NCBI GenBank assembly: GCA_965248445.1
Contig: CBDFJG010000002.1
Location: forward strand, 576,001-640,000
Length of the DNA stretch: 64,000 nucleotides
Reading direction: 5' to 3'
From: Planctomycetota bacterium
GTDB lineage: Bacteria > Planctomycetota > JAJSAM01 > JAJVHW01
The notes under the pieces were generated by a model. It ran no database searches. It was given only the letters and a program-made list of their open reading frames with translations, and was not told where the DNA came from. Below, in pieces: positions 57,458 through 64,000 of this stretch (position 1 is its first letter; each line of letters opens with the position of its first letter). A program made the translations under genes and the position numbers.

Positions 57458-58900
57458 CTACACGGACACGTCGCCGCGCTCGGTGTCGAGTGCGTCACGA
57501 TGCTGGTGCAGGATCGGGTCCAGTTCGTCGGCCAGGAACTCGTCCACCTGCTGCGGTGACCGGCCGACGAAACGCTCGGGCGTGATCATCCCCGGGATCT
57601 CGTCCTTGACCGCAGCGAACGCGGGATCGTCCACGAGGCGCGCCAGCAGGTCGTTCTCCGCACCCTCTTCCTTCACGCGCCTCGCTGCTGCGTGGGCGTG
57701 CGTCCGGATGCGCTCGTGCAGGTCCTGACGGTCGCCGCCTGCGGCGACGGCCATCATCAAGATGTCCTCGGTGGCCATGGCGGGCAGTTCGCGCACCAGT
57801 TCACGCCGCAGCGCCGCGGGGAACACGGTCATCCCGCGGGCCACGTTCTCCATCAGCACGAGCACGGCATCGGTGGCGAGGAACGCCTCGGGGATCGCGA
57901 TCCGCTTCGCCGCGCTGTCGTCGAGCGTCCGCTCGAACCACTGTTCGGCAGCGGTGTTCGCCGGCACCGACTGGAGCGCCATGACCAGGCGCGCGAGCGA
58001 CGTGAGCCGTTCGGAGCGCATGGGGTTCTTCTTGTAGGCCATCGCGGAGGAGCCGATCTGCGACGCCGTCCACGGCTCCTCGACGCAGCCCAGTCCCATC
58101 AGGATGCGAACGTCGTTGCCGAACTTGTGCGCCGACTGCGCGATGCCCGAGAGGAGCCCGAGCGCCTGCGCGTCGAGCTTGCGGGGCGGAGTCTGGCCGG
58201 TGACGGTGAACAGGCGCTCGAAGCCCATCGCGCGGGTGACGTGCGCGTCGAGCTGCTTGACCTTCTCGTGATCCCCGTCGAACAGGGTCAGGAACGCCGC
58301 CTGCGTTCCCGTCGTTCCCTTGACACCGAGGAACCGCAGTCCCTGCCGGCGCCATTCGCACTCCTCGAGGTCGAGCAACAGGTCCTGCGCCCACAGGCAC
58401 ACCCGCCGTCCGAACGTCGTCGGCTGTGCCGGCTGGAAGTGCGTGTACGACAGACAGGGCACGTCTCGTGTGCGCGCGGCCAGGTCGCGGAGGGCCGCGA
58501 GCACCGCCACGATCCGCGCGCGCACGAGTCCGTACGCCTCGCGGAGGAGCACGAGATCGGTGTTGTCGACGACGTAGGCGCTGGTGGCGCCCAGGTGGAT
58601 GATGGGTGCCGCGGCGGGGCACTGCAGACCGTATGCGTGCACGTGGGCCATGACGTCGTGCCGAACCTCGCGCTCGCGGGCCTCGGCCGTCTCGTAGTCG
58701 ATGTCGTCGAGATGGGCCTCGAGCTCGGCGATCTGCCCGGCGGTCACTCCCAGCCCGAGTTCGTGCTGTCCCTGCGCGAGCGCGAGCCAGAGCCGCCTCC
58801 ACGTCCCGAACTTCCGGTCCGGGCTGAACAGCCGGAGCATCGGACCGCTGGCGTAGCGGGTCGAGAGCGGGTTGACGTAGGTGTCGCGCGGTCCGGACAT
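57458..58900 (-). CDS. purB: Adenylosuccinate lyase
   Basis: PLSTRYAS, RHDVMAHV, IHLGATS, THFQPAQ, GSSAMAYKKNPMRSE, WFERTLDDSA. Confidence 0.97.
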   Translation of the reverse strand: MSGPRDTYVNPLSTRYASGPMLRLFSPDRKFGTWRRLWLALAQGQHELGLGVTAGQIAELEAHLDDIDYETAEAREREVRHDVMAHVHAYGLQCPAAAPIIHLGATSAYVVDNTDLVLLREAYGLVRARIVAVLAALRDLAARTRDVPCLSYTHFQPAQPTTFGRRVCLWAQDLLLDLEECEWRRQGLRFLGVKGTTGTQAAFLTLFDGDHEKVKQLDAHVTRAMGFERLFTVTGQTPPRKLDAQALGLLSGIAQSAHKFGNDVRILMGLGCVEEPWTASQIGSSAMAYKKNPMRSERLTSLARLVMALQSVPANTAAEQWFERTLDDSAAKRIAIPEAFLATDAVLVLMENVARGMTVFPAALRRELVRELPAMATEDILMMAVAAGGDRQDLHERIRTHAHAAARRVKEEGAENDLLARLVDDPAFAAVKDEIPGMITPERFVGRSPQQVDEFLADELDPILHQHRDALDTERGDVSV

Positions 58901-59040
58901 CGAGTTCTCATTCTCGCGTCCTCCGGGTCGCCGCGCCCGGAAAGCAGGATGGCCCCCGGGCTGCGTGCCCAGGGGCCGAGTTGCGATCCCATCAGGAATT
59001 GGTTACCGCTTCTCTACGGGCGGCATGTCCCGCGGATGGG

Positions 59041-59643
59041 CTAGTGGCCGCAGCTCCAACGGGCCGCGACGTATCGCTTGACGCGGCGCTGTTCGATGCG
59101 GCGGGGGACCCACTTGCGGATCACCCTTGCCGGACGGACCAGCACGCGCAGGTAGCCGCCGCGATAGCTGTCCCACCGGACTTCGTAGCGCGCTGCGACG
59201 CGGCGCTCGGTCCAGTAACCGGGGATCACGACATCCTTGATGCGGATCTCGTAGTGGCCCGCCTCATAGTGGCAGCGCTGCGTGTGGCGGTGGGCGCGGA
59301 CGCGCACGCCGAACTGCAGCCCGCCGTGCCGGGAGCCGGCGCTGAAGGAGTACCCGGGACCGCGGTAGTAGCGGTCCCCGCGATACGAGTGGCGGCTCCG
59401 ATCAGAGTGGCTGCTCCGGTCCGAATGGCCTCCGCGATATGTGTGGTTGGAGCGCACGTCGTGGCGCGTGCTGACGCGGGCTGTGACCCCGCGGCTGGTC
59501 GAATGCAGGGCGCGGCCCTCGGTGTCGCCGGCCAGGGCGGCCCCGGCGGTGAGTCCGAGGATCGCGACGGCGGCGAGGAGGGTCCTCTTGAGGGTTCCCC
59601 GGTGGGACGTGTTGGCGTGGGGGGACGTGTTGGCGTGGGACAT
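59041..59643 (-). CDS. Hypothetical secreted, Arg/His/Tyr-rich basic protein
   Basis: Signal-like KRTLLAAVAILGLTAGAALA; HSDRS repeats; GHYE/PGYW/PARV repeats. Confidence 0.7.
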   Translation of the reverse strand: MSHANTSPHANTSHRGTLKRTLLAAVAILGLTAGAALAGDTEGRALHSTSRGVTARVSTRHDVRSNHTYRGGHSDRSSHSDRSRHSYRGDRYYRGPGYSFSAGSRHGGLQFGVRVRAHRHTQRCHYEAGHYEIRIKDVVIPGYWTERRVAARYEVRWDSYRGGYLRVLVRPARVIRKWVPRRIEQRRVKRYVAARWSCGH

Positions 59644-59845
59644 GTGTACCTCTCTCGTTTTCGATCGCCTCGGCGTGCCACCGCCGGGGTCTGCACGTGA
59701 TGTCGCACGGACCGTGCCGGACGCTGGGGGGCGCTCTCAGGCTCGAGAGAGCCCTTCCGGGGACACCCACAGCCTCCTGGGGAGGCCAGGGGTGCGGGGG
59801 GCACGGAGGCCAGAGGCGCGGGGGTGGTGGCCTGAGGGGGCGTGG

Positions 59846-62800
59846 CTACTCGGTGTCCGACGCCTTGATGGCGTCGCGGGCGGCGGTGACGGTCTCGGCC
59901 AGGCCCACCAGGCCCTCGAAGGCCGGGTCCCCGAGGGCCTGCTCGGCGTAGCGATCGTCCCGTGCCACCGCTAGGGAGATCTCGCCCAACGCCCGCTCGG
60001 GGTCTCCGGCGGCGGCCAGGGCGCGGGCCAGGTAGTACGGGTAGAAGCCCCACAAGTGGGTCTTGCCCCGGCGGTGCGTGAGGTACTCGCCCCCCGCGGC
60101 GTGGACGCGCTCCTTGTCGAGCGTCTTCGCGCGCTCGTAGTGCGCGACGGCCGCGGCGGCGCCGTCGCTCTGCTGCACCACCCAGCCGAGGTACAGGTGC
60201 CGCGTCGGGTTGCGCTCGTCGGCGGCGACGGCGTGCACGAGCGACGAGCGCGTCAGATCGTCCACCTGACGGAGCTTCACGCGGCCGTATCCGTGCCAGT
60301 ACGCCAGATCACCGCTGTCGGGATCGCGCTCTCGGATGGCGTCGATCGCACGCAGCGCTTCCTCCCCGCGTCCCTCCGCCCGCGCGACCAGCGCGGCGAG
60401 CACTGTCTGCTTGGCGGCCTCCGCTGTGCGCCGATCCGGTGATCGTGCCGCGTCCTCGACGTCGCGCAGCGCGATCAGTTCCGCATGGGCCTCTGCCGCC
60501 TCGGGGTAGCGCCGCTCCTCCTGCAGCTGCGACGCGATCGATGTCTGCGCATCGAGATCGTTGGTCGAGAGACGGGGGGCCAGTGTGGTGACGAGCCGGA
60601 AGAGCGGCAGCGCCGCGCGCGAGCGCCGGCGCGCGGGCAGGCCGTATGCCTCGGGGTCGCGCAGGTAGCGCGCGACGCCGTCCACGTAACCCTCCGAGAG
60701 TCGCAGCGTGGCGCCTCGCGTTCGCCGAGCGTTCAGAGCCAGCGCGATGCGCTCCCCGAGCTGCGCGTCCGGCGTGTGAGCGAGGCCGCTGACGAGCCCG
60801 CGGACACAACGCACCGGCGGAGCACCGATGGGCCGGAACGGACCGTTGCCCGGTGTGCTGTAGGCCGCGACCGCCCGCGCCGTCCCGTCGTCCAGCAGAT
60901 GATCGAGCAGCGCGTTCATGCCCTCGTCAGTGCCGGACCGTCCGAGGGCGACGGCGACGCGGCGGTACAGTCGCACCGCCGCGGCGCTCCCGCGCGGCGC
61001 GCGCAGTGCGGGCTCGCGCCAACGCTCGAGCAGCGCGATGAGGTCCGGCACCATCGCGCCGGACTCGACGGTCCCGATGCGGTGCGCGGCCTCGGCCAGC
61101 TTCTCCACGTCCTCGAGTGTTCGAAGCAGTTCACCGAGGGCGGCACGCGCCGCGGGGTCCTCGCTCACCGCGAGGAGCCGCATCGCCTCGGACGACAGTT
61201 CCACCGTGGTGGCGCCGCGAGCGAGTCGCACGAGCAACTCGACGCGCGGAGTGCGTCCGGCCCGCGCCAGGATGGTGAGAGCGGTCTCGCGGTCGTCGTC
61301 GTCCCACTCGTTTCCGGACACGCCGACTTCGAGCGCCGGCGGTATGAGGCGCGCGTCCGTGGAACGCAGAAGCATGAGCGCTCGGTGGCGGGCGCCGTCC
61401 ACCGCGAGCATCTCCCCGAACAGTCGCTCGGCGTCGGGGCTCGCATCCAGGGTGGCCAGCAGACCGAGCAGCTCGTCACGCACGGACGGATCGCCCTCGC
61501 CTTCGAGGATCGACGCGACGTGCTGACTGTCGTCCTCGCCGATCAGTCCGCGCAGCAGCCGGGCGGCGCGTCCGCGCACGGGCGCTGCGGGATCCGTCAG
61601 CGCCGTCAGCAGCACGCTGCGCGCTCGCTCGGGCGACGCCTCCCGCAGGGCGGCGAGGATGGCCTTGCGCAACCGCACGCGGCACGTGGACGGGTCTCGC
61701 ACCGACGGTGTGCGCGCACCGGAGTCCGCCCCCTCGTCCACGACGTCGTCAGCGGGATCGCCACCGTCCTCCGCGTCCAGACGCAGAAGAAGGAGCGTGA
61801 TGTCCTCCTCGGTCCCCGACCGTCCGAGGATCGAGACGGCACGTTCGCGCACGGCCGCACGGGCATGCGTCGCCTGCTCCCGCGCGATGCGGGCCGCGGC
61901 CGGCGCGTCCCGGCGCGCGAGCGCGTCGAGCGCGGCGCCGCGCAACCGCTCACCGGCTTCCGGGTCGACAGCGAGGCGCGCCAGGCCATCTCCCGCCTTC
62001 AGGTCCGGGCGTCGCGAGAGCAGGTCGACCGCCGCGAAGCGCGCGGCGGGGTCGGAGTGGGAGAGCGCTGCATCCAGCCGCTCGCCAAGATCGTCACCCC
62101 CGGAGGCGACGATCGTCTCGAGCAGAGCCCGCCTCACTCCGTCGCCGGCCGCCGAGTCGAACTGGGCGCGCAAGTCCGGGCCGGCCGCCTGTGCAGCGCC
62201 GAGGGCGCGCAGCTTTCGCAGAGCGAAGCGGCGTGTCTCGGGGTCCAGCACTTCGGCGTCCGCTCCCGTTGCCAGCTCGCGAGCGAGAACGGCGGCGTCC
62301 GCGCGACGCACTTCGACCAGCGCTTCGACGAGAAGCTCGAGAGGCGTGCGGTCGTGCTGCGTGCGCCCGGCTGCGATGCGGCGCGCCAGACGCCGGGCCT
62401 CGTTCGCGAGCCACGGCGCCGCGCCGACGCCGAGTCGGCCGAGGGCAGGGCGTAGGTGGACGGATCCCGCGTCCACCAGGTGGTGCAGGATTGCCGCGGT
62501 CAGTTCGGGATCGGTGAGCACGTCGGCGCCGTTCAGGTCGATCAGTGCGGCGCCCACCTCGCCGGCCCGTGCGGAGTCCTCCTCGTCGAGGAAGCCGCGG
62601 CGCAACGCTTCCGTCACTTCAGCCGCGCGGTGTCGCGCGACTCGGAGCGCGGCGACCGCCAGCGAGCGCTCGTCAGGTGCGGTCTCGCCGTCGGCCAGCA
62701 GGGCGAGAAGCGCGGGGATCGCGGCGTCGCTGCTGATCTGTGGGACCTCACGCAGCGCTGCGCGGCGCACGTCGGGGTCCGGGTCCTCGAGCAGCCGCGC

Positions 62801-63364
62801 CATAGCGGCGTCCCCGCCGGCACGGTCGAGCACCCCGCGCAGGATGGCGCGCCGAATTGCCGGTGCCGCCATCGCGCGAACGCGCCAGACCGGTTCCGCG
62901 TCGGGGTCGACGTGCGCCAGCAGTGCATCCACGTCGCCGCGAACGCCGATCTTGCCGAGTCCCGTGACGGCCGCTTCGCGCACCGCGAACGATGGATCGC
63001 TCGCTGCCGTGCGAAGCAGGGGGCTCGCGAACGCCGTGTCCATCTCGGCCGTCGCTGCGATGAGCGTGGCGCGCGTGTACCACGACGCGCTGCGGGATGC
63101 GCCCTGGAGGCCCGCGACGACGGCAGGCAGCGCCGGGGCGCCGACCGCGGCGAGCAGGCGCACGGACTCCTCGGCGGACTCAGGGTGCGGTGGATCTCCG
63201 AGCTCCGTGATGGCGCGCGCGACGGCCTCGCGTAAGGCGCCGTCGAGTTCGGCCGTGTTCGCCGCACCCGGCGGGAGCTCGTAGGCCGGCGGCGCCTCCT
63301 GCGCACTCGCCGGGGTGGCCGCGAGTGGCAGCCAGAGCGCGAGCAGCAGCGGAAGGTGTCTCAC
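59846..63364 (-). CDS. Large secreted HEAT-repeat protein with C-terminal TPRs
   Basis: Signal peptide; repeated DP...VR..AA..L units; YYLARALAAAGDPERAL...A..DPAF. Confidence 0.8.
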   Translation of the reverse strand: MRHLPLLLALWLPLAATPASAQEAPPAYELPPGAANTAELDGALREAVARAITELGDPPHPESAEESVRLLAAVGAPALPAVVAGLQGASRSASWYTRATLIAATAEMDTAFASPLLRTAASDPSFAVREAAVTGLGKIGVRGDVDALLAHVDPDAEPVWRVRAMAAPAIRRAILRGVLDRAGGDAAMARLLEDPDPDVRRAALREVPQISSDAAIPALLALLADGETAPDERSLAVAALRVARHRAAEVTEALRRGFLDEEDSARAGEVGAALIDLNGADVLTDPELTAAILHHLVDAGSVHLRPALGRLGVGAAPWLANEARRLARRIAAGRTQHDRTPLELLVEALVEVRRADAAVLARELATGADAEVLDPETRRFALRKLRALGAAQAAGPDLRAQFDSAAGDGVRRALLETIVASGGDDLGERLDAALSHSDPAARFAAVDLLSRRPDLKAGDGLARLAVDPEAGERLRGAALDALARRDAPAAARIAREQATHARAAVRERAVSILGRSGTEEDITLLLLRLDAEDGGDPADDVVDEGADSGARTPSVRDPSTCRVRLRKAILAALREASPERARSVLLTALTDPAAPVRGRAARLLRGLIGEDDSQHVASILEGEGDPSVRDELLGLLATLDASPDAERLFGEMLAVDGARHRALMLLRSTDARLIPPALEVGVSGNEWDDDDRETALTILARAGRTPRVELLVRLARGATTVELSSEAMRLLAVSEDPAARAALGELLRTLEDVEKLAEAAHRIGTVESGAMVPDLIALLERWREPALRAPRGSAAAVRLYRRVAVALGRSGTDEGMNALLDHLLDDGTARAVAAYSTPGNGPFRPIGAPPVRCVRGLVSGLAHTPDAQLGERIALALNARRTRGATLRLSEGYVDGVARYLRDPEAYGLPARRRSRAALPLFRLVTTLAPRLSTNDLDAQTSIASQLQEERRYPEAAEAHAELIALRDVEDAARSPDRRTAEAAKQTVLAALVARAEGRGEEALRAIDAIRERDPDSGDLAYWHGYGRVKLRQVDDLTRSSLVHAVAADERNPTRHLYLGWVVQQSDGAAAAVAHYERAKTLDKERVHAAGGEYLTHRRGKTHLWGFYPYYLARALAAAGDPERALGEISLAVARDDRYAEQALGDPAFEGLVGLAETVTAARDAIKASDTE

Positions 63365-63373
63365 GACCTGATC

Positions 63374-64000
63374 CTAACGAGCGGTGCCGGTCTCCCGTTC
63401 GGCCAGGGCGCGCGGAACCCGTTCCAGGAGGTCGGTGGCGACCATCCCACGCTCGCCGACCTCCGCCGCTGCGAGGTCGCCGGCCCGTCCGTGCACGTGA
63501 ACCGCCAGGGTGGCGGCTTCGAAGGGAGCCAGGCTCGTGGCGAGAAGGGCGCCCAAGAGACCGGCCAGGACATCGCCGGTCCCACCGGTCGCCATGCCGC
63601 GGTTGCCCGTCTCGTTCACGTAGAGGCGCTCGCCGTCGGTCACGATGGTCGCGGCCCCCTTGAGCACCACGACCTGGCCGGACTCGACGGCCAGGGCGAG
63701 TCCGGCGCTCTCGCGCTGCGCGGGGATCGGTCCGACGATCGCGCCCAGTAGACGCGCGGCCTCACCGGGATGCGGAGTCAGCACGCGCGGTCCCTGTGCC
63801 TCCCTAAGGTCGCGCGAGCGTCCGGCGAACGCCGCGAGCGCGTCGGCATCGAGCACCGTCGCGCACCCGCATTCGAGTGCCAGCCGACGCATGCACGCGA
63901 GCGTCTCGTCAGCGCGTCCGACTCCGGGGCCGGCGACGACCACGTCGCGCTCGCGCGACATGGAGAGCAACGCTTCCGCCGCTGCGGCCGCGAATCCGCC
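63374..64000 (-). CDS. nnrD: NAD(P)H-hydrate dehydratase, C-terminal part; 5' end outside window
   Basis: GPGVG, VLDADAL, LTPHPGEAARL, VLKGA, MATGGTGDVLAG. Confidence 0.93.
   Translation of the reverse strand, partial: GGFAAAAAEALLSMSRERDVVVAGPGVGRADETLACMRRLALECGCATVLDADALAAFAGRSRDLREAQGPRVLTPHPGEAARLLGAIVGPIPAQRESAGLALAVESGQVVVLKGAATIVTDGERLYVNETGNRGMATGGTGDVLAGLLGALLATSLAPFEAATLAVHVHGRAGDLAAAEVGERGMVATDLLERVPRALAERETGTAR

Noticed and set aside
1..64000. tRNA, rRNA, prophage or integrase genes
   Set aside because: None recognised by eye; a tRNAscan/Infernal run would be needed to exclude them fully.

Overview
A very GC-rich (about 70% by eye) bacterial chromosomal segment. It is most consistent with a Planctomycetota-like organism (inference from DUF1570-type proteins, a membrane-anchored ECF sigma factor, a giant Kelch/Ig/Gly-rich surface protein and an atypical stand-alone L34). 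It carries about 50 CDS. Housekeeping and metabolic genes include partial hemB, purB, thiD, a DUF2520 Rossmann protein, partial nnrD, trxA, a cysteine desulfurase, rpmH, tatA, a RidA family gene and a ybhP-clsB-like pair. Envelope and glycan genes include two glycosyltransferase/sulfotransferase pairs and two GT-C/ArnT-like proteins. Proteases include three M16, a CPBP, a signal peptidase I and a DUF1570 gluzincin. Two insertion sequences with readable ends and target duplications are present: an IS1380 with a nonsense-interrupted transposase upstream of an ECF sigma gene, and an intact single-ORF IS66 inserted into that gene. The most notable observations are: (1) a PadR-like wHTH + HAAS-like + transmembrane + signal peptidase I fusion inside a co-directional run of protease/hydrolase/Mo-oxidoreductase genes; (2) an MsrP/sulfite-oxidase-like Mo domain fused to pentapeptide repeats; (3) a family of GTAG-type REP and composite structured intergenic repeats showing covariation; (4) a candidate 6S-like ncRNA; (5) several apparent pseudoenzymes (kinase, gluzincin, NifU scaffold). 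All calls come from motif recognition only; no database searches were run. Two single-base frameshifts may be assembly errors.
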